Shown: positions 19,138-29,038, counted from the first letter of the stretch. The stretch is 64,000 nucleotides of DNA from an uncultured Ferruginibacter sp. (GCA_964490345.1 CAZBBO010000015.1:1971-65970), one strand, 5' to 3'. The notes: generated by a model from the sequence alone, not told the origin. Program-made: numbers and translations.

Positions 19138-20280
19138 ATGGATTTTAAGACCAGCGATCTAACACTTCAGGTAGCGGAATCAGCAAAAGAATTTGCGGTA
19201 AAGCATATAAGGCCGCATTTAATGGAATGGGATGAGAGTCAAGAGTTTCCGGTTCATATATTTAAAGAATTGGGTAAGTTGGGCATGATGGGTGTTTTGG
19301 TGCCGGAAAAATATGGAGGCACAGGGTTAGGGTATTTCGAATACAGTGCTATTATACAAGAGATAGCCAAGGTATGTGGTTCAATTGGTTTATCAGTTGC
19401 AGCACATAATTCCTTATGTACTGGCCATATTTTGATGTTTGGAAATGAGGAACAAAAAATGAAATACCTGCCCAAATTAGCTACAGCTGAATTTATTGGA
19501 GCCTGGGGACTTACCGAACCTAATACCGGAAGTGATGCGGGAAATATGAAAACAACAGCTGTTAAGGATGGCGATAAATGGATTATTAACGGGGCAAAAA
19601 GCTGGATAACACATGGTAAGACGGGAGATGTGGCTGTGGTAATGTGCCGCACCGGCGAACCACGTGCAAAGAATAATTCCACTGCGTTTATAGTGGACAG
19701 AGGTACACCGGGTTTTTCTGGAGGAAAAAAGGAAAACAAATTGGGGATGCGTGCCAGTGAAACAGCAGAAATGATATTTGATAATTGTATTGTTTCAGAT
19801 AGTCAGCGTTTAGGGGTAGTGGGAGAAGGGTTTAAGCAGGCAATGAAAATTTTGGATGGTGGACGTATTTCTATTGCAGCCCTAAGTTTAGGTATTGCAA
19901 AAGGAGCATACGAAGCAGCAGTTCAATATGCTAAAGAACGCCATCAGTTTGATCAACCAATTGCTAATTTTCAAAGTATTGCATTTAAACTGGCAGATAT
20001 GGCTACCAAGATTCAGGCAGCAGAATTATTAATTGATCAGGCATGTGATTTGAAAATGCGTGAATTGCCGTTAACTAAAGAATCTGCGATAGCAAAATAT
20101 TATTCCAGTGAAATTGCCGTTGAGATAAGCACTGATGCTGTTCAGATTTTTGGAGGTTATGGATATACTAAAGACTTTCCGGTTGAGAAATTTTACCGGG
20201 ATAGCAAATTGTGTACAATCGGAGAAGGTACAAGTGAAATTCAGAAATTGGTAATTAGCCGTGAGGTTTTAAGAGGATAA
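19138..20280 (+). CDS. Acyl-CoA dehydrogenase
   Basis: Blocks GAWGLTEPNTGSDA and QIFGGYGYTKDFPVEKFYRDSKLCTIGEGTSEIQ. The track start is TTG 19099; ATG 19138 (MDFKTSDL) is more plausible. Confidence 0.9.
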   Translation: MDFKTSDLTLQVAESAKEFAVKHIRPHLMEWDESQEFPVHIFKELGKLGMMGVLVPEKYGGTGLGYFEYSAIIQEIAKVCGSIGLSVAAHNSLCTGHILMFGNEEQKMKYLPKLATAEFIGAWGLTEPNTGSDAGNMKTTAVKDGDKWIINGAKSWITHGKTGDVAVVMCRTGEPRAKNNSTAFIVDRGTPGFSGGKKENKLGMRASETAEMIFDNCIVSDSQRLGVVGEGFKQAMKILDGGRISIAALSLGIAKGAYEAAVQYAKERHQFDQPIANFQSIAFKLADMATKIQAAELLIDQACDLKMRELPLTKESAIAKYYSSEIAVEISTDAVQIFGGYGYTKDFPVEKFYRDSKLCTIGEGTSEIQKLVISREVLRG

Positions 20281-20291
20281 TAGTATCCTCC

Positions 20292-20513
20292 CTACTTCCC
20301 ACCAAACATATCTCCCAATTTGTCTTTGATACTGTCAATGGCATCTTCAGCTTTATGTGCCAATCCTGCCTCATCTTTAAATAAATTATCTACTGCTCCA
20401 GACATCATTGGAAACTTTTCCTTTACATAATCTTTTATGGCATGAATGGCTTTTGTAGCTTGTTCGGATGTAATTCCGGCTTTTTCAATTAATTGATTAA
20501 TTAAGTCTTGCAT
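20292..20513 (-). CDS. Hypothetical small helical protein, 73 aa
   Basis: ORF 21 nt downstream of relA on the same strand. No motif recognised. Confidence 0.4.
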   Translation of the reverse strand: MQDLINQLIEKAGITSEQATKAIHAIKDYVKEKFPMMSGAVDNLFKDEAGLAHKAEDAIDSIKDKLGDMFGGK

Positions 20514-20533
20514 AAATATAAGTTTGAGTATTA

Positions 20534-22765
20534 TTATTCAGTATCATAACGATCCACACGCTCGATACCCGGAAGGCTTAGTAATTCGGCAACAAGATTA
20601 TCTAATTCGTCTTTATCGTGTACAAACACCTTTACGTTTCCTTCAAATATACCCTCTTTTGCTTCAATAGTCATGGCAGAAATGTTAACTTTTAATTCTC
20701 CGCTAATGAGGTTAGTAATTTTATGAATTACACCTACATCATCTAAGCCAACAATTTTTAAACCGGTTAAAAAGGATATTTCTTTGTTTTTTGCCCATTT
20801 TGTTTTTACCACCCGATGCCCATAATTGGATAATAATCGGGTGGCATTAGGGCAGTTGGTACGATGAATTTTAAGGCCTTCACCGGTAGTAATAAAACCA
20901 AAGACATCATCTCCGGGAATAGGCTTGCAACAATTAGCAAGCGTGTACATAATCTTATCGGCGGTTTCTCCAAAAATCACTAACTCGGTATCTTTTCGGT
21001 TAAATGATTTTGCTGTTTCTGTTTCTTTTAGGGGCTCAGATTTTTCAATTTTAGGAGGTATGAGTTTTCCTCCAGACACAGTAAATTCTTTTAAATCTTG
21101 CAGGCTATTTTTCTTAATAGCAATTTCGTACAACAGCTCGAGTGAAGAATTTAGTTTATAAAACTTAGTCAATTCATCCATATTCTCCTGACTCATCTCT
21201 GCATCTATATGATCAAGTTTACGTTTGAGAATTCCTTTTCCGTCATCAGCAATTTTTCGTTTTTCTTCTTTGAGTGAATCTTTAATTTTTGATTTTGCCT
21301 TACTGGTAACAACAAATTCTAACCATTCTGAATTAGGCTTTTGTTTTGAACTGGTAATAATTTCTATTTGGTCGCCACTGCGTAATTTGTGGCTAAGTGG
21401 AACTAATTTGTGATTAACTTTTGCGCCAATGCATTTGCTACCAATCTCGGTGTGTACGTTAAAAGCAAAATCAAGTGCGGTGGCGCCAATAGGCAGCATA
21501 CGGATATCTCCTTTAGGTGTATATACATAAATATCTTCTGCAAGAAATGAGGTTTTAAATTCCTGGAGAAAATCATCCGCACTGCTTTCTTGAGAAGCCA
21601 GTGTTTCTCTAATTTGATTAAACCATTGTTCAAAGCGACTTGAGTCATCTTTCCCTTCTTTATATTTCCAGTGTGCGGCCAACCCTTTTTCTGCAATTTC
21701 ATTCATTCGCTTAGTGCGAATTTGGATTTCAACCCATTTTCCTCCGGGCCCCATTACAGTAGTATGGAGCGCTTCATATCCATTGCTTTTAGGATTGCTT
21801 AACCAGTCTCTCAATCGTTCTGGTGAAGGAGTGTATTCATCTGTTATAATACTATACACTTTCCAACATTCTTCTTTTTCTTTTTCATGTGAGGCATTAA
21901 CAATAATACGAATGGCAAAAAGGTCGTAAACTTCTTCAAAGGAAACTCCTTTCTTTTTTATTTTATTCCAAATACTATGGATGCTTTTGGGTCTGCCAAA
22001 AATTTCAAAATCAAATCCGGCCTTTTGCAACTTATCTTTCAGTGGACGAATAAAATCATTGATGTAACGGGTGCGCTCTCTTTTAGTATCCTGTAATTTT
22101 TGTGCGATATACCGATATGTGTCAGGCTCCATATATTTCATGGCCAAATCTTCCATTTCTATTTTGATAGTATATAGCCCCATACGATGGGCCAGTGGAG
22201 CATAAACATAAATAGTTTCGCTGCAAATTTTTAGTTGCTTTTCGCGCTTCATAAATTCCATGGTACGCATATTATGCAACCGGTCTGCGAGTTTAATCAG
22301 AATAACGCGAGGGTCATCAGTTAGTGTAAGTAAAATTTTTCTGAAGTTCTCTGCTTGTTTAGATGTGTTGGTGTCCATCACCACAGCAATTTTGGTTAGG
22401 CCATCAACAATCTTGGTTATTTCGGGATCAAATTCTCTTCTTATATCATCAAGGGTGATATCGGTGTCCTCAACGGTATCGTGTAGCAATGCACAAATAG
22501 CACTACTTACACCAAGGCCAATTTCTTCTACACAAATTCTGGCAACGGCAATAGGGTGTAAAATATAAGGCTCACCACTTTTGCGCCTCATGGTTTTGTG
22601 AGCTTCCACAGCCATTTCAAAGGCATTGCGCAATAATGTTTTATCACCTGGCTTAAACTTTGACTTGAGCACACGCAACAACCCACGATATTGCCGCAGG
22701 ATTTCCTTTTTTTCTTCCTCTTCATTAAGAGGATAATTCGCCTTTTTCGCAGTTTTAGTCTCCAT
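20534..22765 (-). CDS. relA: Bifunctional (p)ppGpp synthetase/hydrolase (RelA/SpoT homologue)
   Basis: 743 aa. HD hydrolase (HPIAVA...LLHDTVEDT), synthetase block (YEALHTTV...EIQIRT), and TGS and ACT-like C-terminal domains. Confidence 0.92.
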   Translation of the reverse strand: METKTAKKANYPLNEEEEKKEILRQYRGLLRVLKSKFKPGDKTLLRNAFEMAVEAHKTMRRKSGEPYILHPIAVARICVEEIGLGVSSAICALLHDTVEDTDITLDDIRREFDPEITKIVDGLTKIAVVMDTNTSKQAENFRKILLTLTDDPRVILIKLADRLHNMRTMEFMKREKQLKICSETIYVYAPLAHRMGLYTIKIEMEDLAMKYMEPDTYRYIAQKLQDTKRERTRYINDFIRPLKDKLQKAGFDFEIFGRPKSIHSIWNKIKKKGVSFEEVYDLFAIRIIVNASHEKEKEECWKVYSIITDEYTPSPERLRDWLSNPKSNGYEALHTTVMGPGGKWVEIQIRTKRMNEIAEKGLAAHWKYKEGKDDSSRFEQWFNQIRETLASQESSADDFLQEFKTSFLAEDIYVYTPKGDIRMLPIGATALDFAFNVHTEIGSKCIGAKVNHKLVPLSHKLRSGDQIEIITSSKQKPNSEWLEFVVTSKAKSKIKDSLKEEKRKIADDGKGILKRKLDHIDAEMSQENMDELTKFYKLNSSLELLYEIAIKKNSLQDLKEFTVSGGKLIPPKIEKSEPLKETETAKSFNRKDTELVIFGETADKIMYTLANCCKPIPGDDVFGFITTGEGLKIHRTNCPNATRLLSNYGHRVVKTKWAKNKEISFLTGLKIVGLDDVGVIHKITNLISGELKVNISAMTIEAKEGIFEGNVKVFVHDKDELDNLVAELLSLPGIERVDRYDTE

Positions 22766-23022
22766 AGTGCCAACTACGAATTTACTTTAATACTCAATGA
22801 TTATCAAAAGAGATTTAGGAGCAAATGTTTTGTAATGCGGTATTTTATGGTCCTTGTTTTTTTGGAAATAGCTTGTAGATTATGGTTTTATACATAAAAA
22901 GCTATCTCATTAAAATGAAAGCTATTTTTAAAACATAGAGAGGCTATAAAGGCTTGGAGAAAAGAGAAATAAAAAGGCATTAATTCCTTTCAAAAACTGT
23001 TTATTTTAACCTGGAATTACCC

Positions 23023-23030
23023 TACCTTTG
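23023..23030 (+). promoter_or_regulatory. -7 promoter box TACCTTTG upstream of tRNA-Leu
   Basis: TAnnTTTG match ending 31 nt before the tRNA 5' end. No clean TTTG -33 element. Confidence 0.35.
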
Positions 23031-23061
23031 CACCCCCAAACTTCAATGGGTGGGAAAATAA

Positions 23062-23143
23062 GCGGATGTGGCGAAATTGGCAGACGCACCAGACTTAGGA
23101 TCTGGCGCCGCAAGGCATGTAGGTTCGACTCCTATCATCCGCA
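23062..23143 (+). tRNA. tRNA-Leu (anticodon UAG)
   Basis: Hand-folded cloverleaf. Acceptor GCGGATG/CATCCGC, anticodon stem CCAGA/TCTGG with loop CTTAGGA (anticodon TAG), long variable arm (GCC-GCAA-GGC), T-arm GTAGG-TTCGACT-CCTAT and discriminator A. Confidence 0.9.
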
Positions 23144-23152
23144 CATAATATC

Positions 23153-23175
23153 CCGGCTCCCGCCGGTGCATTTTT
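23153..23175 (+). terminator. Putative intrinsic terminator after tRNA-Leu
   Basis: CCGGC-TCCC-GCCGG hairpin followed by TGCATTTTT. Confidence 0.4.
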
Positions 23176-23194
23176 AAAAAAAGGAAATCAGGTT

Positions 23195-24562
23195 ATGGCT
23201 ACAGTAACAAGAGAAAACATCGGGTTATTAAATGATAAACTTACTATAAAAGTAAATAAAGAAGACTATCTGCCTGCTTTTGAGAAAAAACTTAAGGAAT
23301 ATGGCAAAACAGCCAATATCCCGGGATTTAGAAAGGGAATGGTACCGGCCGGTATGATAAAAAAAATGTACGGCCCATCTATCTTTAATGAAGAGGTAAT
23401 TAGAGGAGTAGAGCAAAAATTATATAATTATCTATCTGAAGAAAAGCCGGATATTTTCGCACAGCCGTTACCGTTAGATATGCCTGTAGGTAATATGGAT
23501 TACAAAAACCCGGGGGAATATGCTTTTAATTTTGAAATTGGACTTAAACCGGAATTTTCATTACCAGAATTAGAAAAAGCTTCTTTAACGCTTCATAAGG
23601 TGGAGGTTACTCAAGAAATGGTTACCGAAGAAATTAACCGGATGCAAATCAAAGGCGGCAACATGACTGAGCCCGAGGTAGTTGATAATGAGGAGAATGT
23701 ACTGAATGTTCTCTTCTCTGAATCTGATGAAAAAGGAATCTTGGTTGAAGGGGGTATAGTAAAAGAAAACTCTGTGTTATTAAAGTATTTCTCAGAAGCC
23801 TTGCAAAAGCAGTTACATGGTAAAAAGAAGGGTGACAAAATCGTTTTCAAAATGGCGGATTCTTTTCCGTCAGATAAGTTGGAAATGATGTTGAAAGATT
23901 TGGGTTTAGATCCTGCAGATAAATCCTCGGCAGAAAAATACTTTAATGCTGAAATTGTAAAAATTGGATTGGTTGAAAAACGAGAATTGAATGAAGATTT
24001 CTTTAATGAAATATTCCCGGGTAAAGGAATTAAAACAGAAGAAGCATTGCGCGAGGTTTTAAAAGAGGAGATTGCTCAGTATTGGATGTTGCAAAGCCGC
24101 AATCAATTACAAGATCAATTATATCATTATCTTATTGATCACGCTAAAATGGAATTTCCTGAGAATTTCCTAAAACGTTGGTTGCGTACCGGTGGTGAAT
24201 CACCGAAAACAACGGAAGAAGTGGAGCGTGATTACCCCGGCTTTAGTAACCAGTTAAAATGGACATTAATAAGCGATCGCATCATTACCGATAATAAATT
24301 TGAGGTGAGCACGGAAGAAATAAGAAAAAGTATGATGGGAGAAGTGTCTCGTTATTTCGGAAATATGAATATGGGTGAGGATATGGGCTGGTTAGATAGC
24401 TATTTGGACAGGATGATGAAGGATGAAAAACATGTAGATTCAACCTATCGTCGGTTAATCACTGAAAAAGTATTTTCCTGGTTAGAGCAGCAAGTTAAGC
24501 CTGCTGAAAAAACCGTAACACCCGAAGAATTGGTTGGGATGCAGCATCATCACCACCATTAA
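23195..24562 (+). CDS. tig: Trigger factor
   Basis: 455 aa. N-terminal ribosome-binding signature PGFRKGMVP, with central FKBP-like and C-terminal arms. Ends in MQHHHHH. Confidence 0.88.
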   Translation: MATVTRENIGLLNDKLTIKVNKEDYLPAFEKKLKEYGKTANIPGFRKGMVPAGMIKKMYGPSIFNEEVIRGVEQKLYNYLSEEKPDIFAQPLPLDMPVGNMDYKNPGEYAFNFEIGLKPEFSLPELEKASLTLHKVEVTQEMVTEEINRMQIKGGNMTEPEVVDNEENVLNVLFSESDEKGILVEGGIVKENSVLLKYFSEALQKQLHGKKKGDKIVFKMADSFPSDKLEMMLKDLGLDPADKSSAEKYFNAEIVKIGLVEKRELNEDFFNEIFPGKGIKTEEALREVLKEEIAQYWMLQSRNQLQDQLYHYLIDHAKMEFPENFLKRWLRTGGESPKTTEEVERDYPGFSNQLKWTLISDRIITDNKFEVSTEEIRKSMMGEVSRYFGNMNMGEDMGWLDSYLDRMMKDEKHVDSTYRRLITEKVFSWLEQQVKPAEKTVTPEELVGMQHHHHH

Positions 24563-25929
24563 TGTTTATCCTTGCTTGAGGATTTGAAGGGCAAAATCCA
24601 ATTGGAATGGGATAAATAATTCCAGGAAACATCAGCAAGATTTACCGTGCTGTCTATAAGTGGTAAGAATGCTTTTCCATTCATGCTTACTTCGCTGATG
24701 GCATAAACAGCAACATTGTTAATCCCCCTTTTTTTAAATTCTGATTTTAACTCTTGTGCGTATTGCCAAGTTAAGTCCGGAGATGTGGCTATCCATTGTG
24801 CGTGATGTAATGAAAATCTTTCCGTTGTAAGAATGCGCCATGTAGCTCCTGATTTATTGTCCACTACTTTAAAAGCAACGTGCCCATTCTTTGATCTGAG
24901 CATAAATCTCCAGCTCATCCTATAACCCTCATTGCTCCATAAAACATTGTAGGGATAAAACAGTGAACGAAGGGGAAGAATGATTTGTATAGCCATATAA
25001 ATTCCTAAAATAACTAGTAGGTTATTGTTTACTTTATGTGTGTGTATATGCCTAATCGTATATAAGGGAGGTTTCCCCGGGAAAAAGACACTACGTATTT
25101 TTTCCGGGTCTAAAAAGAATAGATTACCTGCAATACATAGGAATGGGAAAATTCCGGATGAGAGAGAAATAAAGGAAAAAAGATGAATAAATAGGGAAAA
25201 TAAAAAAGCTATTGAGGCAGTACGTTTCCAAAGTAATAAGGGCACGATTAGTAGATTAAAAACTAATCCTCCCCAGCTAATAAGTTTTGGGAAAGCAGGG
25301 TTTCCATAAAAACCACTGAATATACTATGAGTAACAAGTTTTGAAAATTTTATATTTAAAAGCTCTCCGGAAAGCCAATCAGAATTAAGCCAAAACAATG
25401 CAGTATATAAATACATCACACTCATTTGAAAAATAAATAGGGTGGGAATCCACTTTGAGCAAGAAAGTGATTGATGTACTCGTTTTCTTTTTGTATCAAA
25501 TGAAAAATAGCGATTGGCAGGCATAAATACCAGTATCCAGCTAAATAACAATACTAAGTAATAAAAATTGTTGGCGTTAACTTTTTGCATTAAGTAAAGA
25601 AGCGTCCACAGTATAGCAAATCCTGTTGCACCTATTCGATATCTTTCCGCAAACATTATCATCAATGCAAATACAGCCATTATACCAACAAAGAAGTACA
25701 TGCCTACTCCTGGAAAAGGTTTAATAAACTCAAGCCCAATAAATGAAAAAGTAAAAGAAGGTTTAATGTATGTTTCTTCCAACTCACCAGACAGGAACAA
25801 TTGTGCACAAAGTACCATCATTAAAAAACCAAAGATGATACGAAAGGCAATTAGTGCACTATTATCAACTGGATAAAGGGCTTTCTTTTGCCAGGTTATT
25901 TGTTGCTTTTTCCCTTCGGCAGGAATCAT
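24559..25929 (-). CDS. HTTM domain protein (vitamin K-dependent gamma-carboxylase-like membrane protein)
   Basis: 456 aa polytopic membrane protein. The N-terminal block SALIAFRIIFGFLMMV... is typical of HTTM domains, followed by a soluble C-terminal part. Confidence 0.7.
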   Translation of the reverse strand: MIPAEGKKQQITWQKKALYPVDNSALIAFRIIFGFLMMVLCAQLFLSGELEETYIKPSFTFSFIGLEFIKPFPGVGMYFFVGIMAVFALMIMFAERYRIGATGFAILWTLLYLMQKVNANNFYYLVLLFSWILVFMPANRYFSFDTKRKRVHQSLSCSKWIPTLFIFQMSVMYLYTALFWLNSDWLSGELLNIKFSKLVTHSIFSGFYGNPAFPKLISWGGLVFNLLIVPLLLWKRTASIAFLFSLFIHLFSFISLSSGIFPFLCIAGNLFFLDPEKIRSVFFPGKPPLYTIRHIHTHKVNNNLLVILGIYMAIQIILPLRSLFYPYNVLWSNEGYRMSWRFMLRSKNGHVAFKVVDNKSGATWRILTTERFSLHHAQWIATSPDLTWQYAQELKSEFKKRGINNVAVYAISEVSMNGKAFLPLIDSTVNLADVSWNYLSHSNWILPFKSSSKDKH

Positions 25930-25997
25930 CTTTTTATAATTAGTTATAAATCCGGTTTCAATTTAATGAAAACAGATTACAAATAACAATTATATTA

Positions 25998-27545
25998 TTA
26001 TAATTTTATTTCTTCGTTGTTATTGTCGAAAAATCTAAATTCGGTAAGCTGGTAGGTTGTGTCTGATTTGATATTTACCCGTTGTTTAAACTTCCACGAC
26101 CATTTCATTCTTCTGGAAGGGAAGCCACTTGTGAGATAGGTGTATAGGATAGGATGAACATGAATGGTGAGGCTTTTATGTTTTTGTGAAATAAGGTAAT
26201 TAAGGTTTTTAAATATATCATCTTCCAAAACAAGGGTGGATGATATTTTTCCGGAACCGGCACAACTTGGACAAATTTCACTGGTATTAATTTTCATTTC
26301 CGGTTTCATTCGTTGCCGGGTAATTTGCATCAATCCGAACTTGGTGATGGGCAGAACAGCGTGTTTTGCACGATCCTGTTTCATGCACTGCTCCATAGTT
26401 TCAACCAGCTTACGTTTGTTTTCCATTAATTTCATATCAATGAAATCAACCACAATAATTCCACCCAAATCACGAAGCCTTAATTGTCTGGCTATTTCTT
26501 CGGCAGCTTCCAAATTGGTTTCAAGTGCATTTTGTTCTTGGTTATTACTCACGCTTTTATAACCGCTGTTAACATCAATAACATGCAAAGCTTCGGTAGG
26601 TTCAATAATAAGGTAAGCACCACTTGGCAGGTTTACTGTTTTTCCAAATGAGCCTTTAACTTGCTTGGTAATACCAAAATTGTCAAATATCGGTTGGCCG
26701 TTATTGTAATAAGATATGATATCACTTTTATCTGGTGCTATTTTGCGGATGTAGCTTTTGGTTACACTAAATAGATTTTTATCGTTGATAACAATTTTAT
26801 TGAAATCTTCATTAAGTAAATCACGTAGAATACTTTTTGTTTTTCCTTGTTCGCTCAAAATTTTAGAAGGAGGGGTAGCATTTTTCAGATTCTTTTGAAT
26901 CGTTTCCCAGGTTTCCACTAAGCTCATTAAATCTTCATGAAGTTCAGCACTATGTTTTCCTTCTGCTGCCGTACGAACAATAACCCCTAGATTTTTTGGT
27001 TTGATAGATTCGATGATTTTTTGCAGTCGTTTTCTTTCTTCTGAGGAGTGTATTTTACGTGAAATAGCTACAATGTCATTAAAAGGAGTAACCACCACAA
27101 AGCGTCCAGGTAATGAGATTTCGCAACTTAATCGTGGCCCTTTTGCCGCAATGGGTTCTTTTAAAATTTGAACCAGAATATTGGGTTTACCGTTTAGTAC
27201 TTCTGTAATTTTTCCGGTTTTTATAATTTCCGGTTCAACTTTAAATTTTGAAAAATCAAAACTATGTTCAGATTTTTCATTCATTGATAATTGAGTAAAC
27301 TTCAGAAGAGAACGCACATAAGGGCTTAGATCAGTATAATGCAAAAACGCGTCTTTCTCAAACCCCACATCAATAAATGCAGCATTAAGCCCCGGGATAA
27401 GTTTTTTTACTTTTCCCAAATAAAGGTCACCCACAGCAAATTGGGCATCAGCCTTTTCACTATGAAGTTCAACTAACTTCTTATTCTCAAGCAGTGCTAT
27501 TTCCACTCCCTGAGGGGCAGAGTTGATGATTAATTCCTTGGTCAC
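25998..27545 (-). CDS. rng: Ribonuclease G/E family endoribonuclease
   Basis: 515 aa with GTG start. S1 domain (GDLYLGKVKKLIPGLNAAFIDVG), catalytic block LHVIDVNSG...IIVVDFIDM and Zn-link CPSCAGSG. Confidence 0.9.
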   Translation of the reverse strand: MTKELIINSAPQGVEIALLENKKLVELHSEKADAQFAVGDLYLGKVKKLIPGLNAAFIDVGFEKDAFLHYTDLSPYVRSLLKFTQLSMNEKSEHSFDFSKFKVEPEIIKTGKITEVLNGKPNILVQILKEPIAAKGPRLSCEISLPGRFVVVTPFNDIVAISRKIHSSEERKRLQKIIESIKPKNLGVIVRTAAEGKHSAELHEDLMSLVETWETIQKNLKNATPPSKILSEQGKTKSILRDLLNEDFNKIVINDKNLFSVTKSYIRKIAPDKSDIISYYNNGQPIFDNFGITKQVKGSFGKTVNLPSGAYLIIEPTEALHVIDVNSGYKSVSNNQEQNALETNLEAAEEIARQLRLRDLGGIIVVDFIDMKLMENKRKLVETMEQCMKQDRAKHAVLPITKFGLMQITRQRMKPEMKINTSEICPSCAGSGKISSTLVLEDDIFKNLNYLISQKHKSLTIHVHPILYTYLTSGFPSRRMKWSWKFKQRVNIKSDTTYQLTEFRFFDNNNEEIKL

Positions 27546-27665
27546 ACAAATTAAATTACTGAGACCACCAATATGCGGGTAGAGATAGGAGCATACCGGA
27601 GTTTAAAAATACCGGTGAGCTTACCCACACATATATACCTTTGGCAAAATTGTTTTTACAAAAGC

Positions 27666-27755
27666 TTATTTCTTCTTATGACGATTCTTTCTTAAACGCT
27701 TCTTACGCTTATGAGTAGCAATTTTATGACGTTTTCTTTTTTTACCACAAGGCAT
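27666..27755 (-). CDS. 29-aa ultra-basic protein, bS22 / AURKAIP1-COX24-like small ribosomal protein candidate
   Basis: Not in the track (<60 aa). ATG 27755-27753 to TAA 27668-27666 encodes MPCGKKRKRHKIATHKRKKRLRKNRHKKK. The sequence class matches the tiny basic proteins annotated this way in Bacteroidota and Actinobacteria, from memory. Confidence 0.6.
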   Translation of the reverse strand: MPCGKKRKRHKIATHKRKKRLRKNRHKKK

Positions 27756-27790
27756 AACCTAGTCTTTTTTTGTTATAAATATTTTTACTT

Positions 27791-28630
27791 TTATTTTAAC
27801 CGGTTAATCCGCTCATCTACCTCTTTGGAATAATGCGGGTCGTTAACCAGTGTCTTGCTTTTATTGTACCATTTAATAGCCTCTTCCTTTTCTCCTAAAA
27901 CCGCATAGGTATCGGCAAGATATGCTATTGCTTCAATGTTGTTGGGTTCATGTTTAATCACATTTAGGAAACGATCGCGGGCCTTGTCATATTGTCCTGA
28001 AACCATTCCTCCAACACCTAACACCAATTGAGCTTTCATATTAGAAGAGTCTTTAGACGCAACCACCAATATCTCCTGAATTCCTTTCATAGCATCGGCG
28101 CTGTTTCCCATTCTACCACTTCCATATATATAAGTACTTCCCAATCCGATTCGCAAGTCATCATCATTGGGGTTTTTTTCAATGGCTCTGTTAAAAAGAT
28201 CTGCCGCTTCCCTTGTCATCCATTCTGCAACTGCTTCATCATTATGCATTCGCAAATTGTCTAACATCAAACGGGCTGCAAAGTTGAGGGATTTTTCTGA
28301 ATTTTCCAATTTGGAGGCTGCTGAAATATAATATAAATAGGGTTCAGCCTGGTGGGCGCTATCGCGCCAAAAATCGGCAATTTTAAGTAAACGAGTAGAT
28401 TTTTGAACCGAATCTGTTGGAATATTGGTTGTGAGTGTTTTTAACGACGCTTGTTGATTACCCGGCAAAAGAGCTGTTACACTATCTGTAAAATGTTCAA
28501 TATCAAACTGTTTTATGCCCTGAGCAACTTCTGAAATGTTCTTTTTATTTTGAACAGTCTTACCCGCAAAATACATCACTAGAATAGCAGCCACACCTGC
28601 CAGAACAAGAAATAATTGTTTTTTCAGCAT
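27791..28630 (-). CDS. Tetratricopeptide-repeat protein with N-terminal TM anchor
   Basis: 279 aa. TM segment LFLVLAGVAAILVMYFAG and TPR-like repeats (AIAYLADTYAVLGEKEEAIKWYNKS). Confidence 0.7.
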   Translation of the reverse strand: MLKKQLFLVLAGVAAILVMYFAGKTVQNKKNISEVAQGIKQFDIEHFTDSVTALLPGNQQASLKTLTTNIPTDSVQKSTRLLKIADFWRDSAHQAEPYLYYISAASKLENSEKSLNFAARLMLDNLRMHNDEAVAEWMTREAADLFNRAIEKNPNDDDLRIGLGSTYIYGSGRMGNSADAMKGIQEILVVASKDSSNMKAQLVLGVGGMVSGQYDKARDRFLNVIKHEPNNIEAIAYLADTYAVLGEKEEAIKWYNKSKTLVNDPHYSKEVDERINRLK

Positions 28631-28669
28631 TACTCAAAGCCCTTTCTGATAAGGCGGATGCAAAGGTAA

Positions 28670-28996
28670 TTATTCATCCGTATCCTCATCTTTTATTTTG
28701 GGTTCTTCAGTAATTTTAGGAGAGTTTTTAATTTCCTGTACAAATTCCTTGGAAGGTTTAAATGCAGGTATGAAATGTTCAGGGATTTCAACGGCAATAT
28801 TCTTTTTAATGTTTCTACCGATCTTTGCCGCACGTTTTTTGATTATAAAACTTCCAAATCCTCTAATGTAAATATTTTCACCCTCAGAAAGACTATGCTT
28901 GATTTCCTTAAACATAGTTTCAAGTGTTACAAGTACATCCACTTTTGGAATACCTGTTTTATCAGAAATTTTGTTGATAAGATCTGCTTTACGCAT
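28670..28996 (-). CDS. HU/IHF-family DNA-binding protein
   Basis: 108 aa. MRKADLINKISDKTGI..., GFGSFIIKKRAAKIGRNIKKN..IEIPEH..PAFKPSKEF, with an acidic C-terminal tail. Confidence 0.85.
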   Translation of the reverse strand: MRKADLINKISDKTGIPKVDVLVTLETMFKEIKHSLSEGENIYIRGFGSFIIKKRAAKIGRNIKKNIAVEIPEHFIPAFKPSKEFVQEIKNSPKITEEPKIKDEDTDE

Positions 28997-29030
28997 AAAA
29001 GAATGTTTGTATTGGAAAATAATATCAGAT

Positions 29031-29038
29031 CAAATTTA
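29031..29038 (-). promoter_or_regulatory. -7 promoter box TAAATTTG (with CTTG 19 nt upstream) for the HU gene
   Basis: The minus-strand sequence reads CTTG-N19-TAAATTTG, ending ~34 nt before ATG 28996. Confidence 0.4.

Noticed and set aside
24545-24559. His5 run at the end of tig as evidence of an engineered His-tag or synthetic construct.
   Set aside because: No linker, vector or restriction-site context is present. The codons are mixed cat/cac, and the stop codon is shared with the convergent chromosomal gene.
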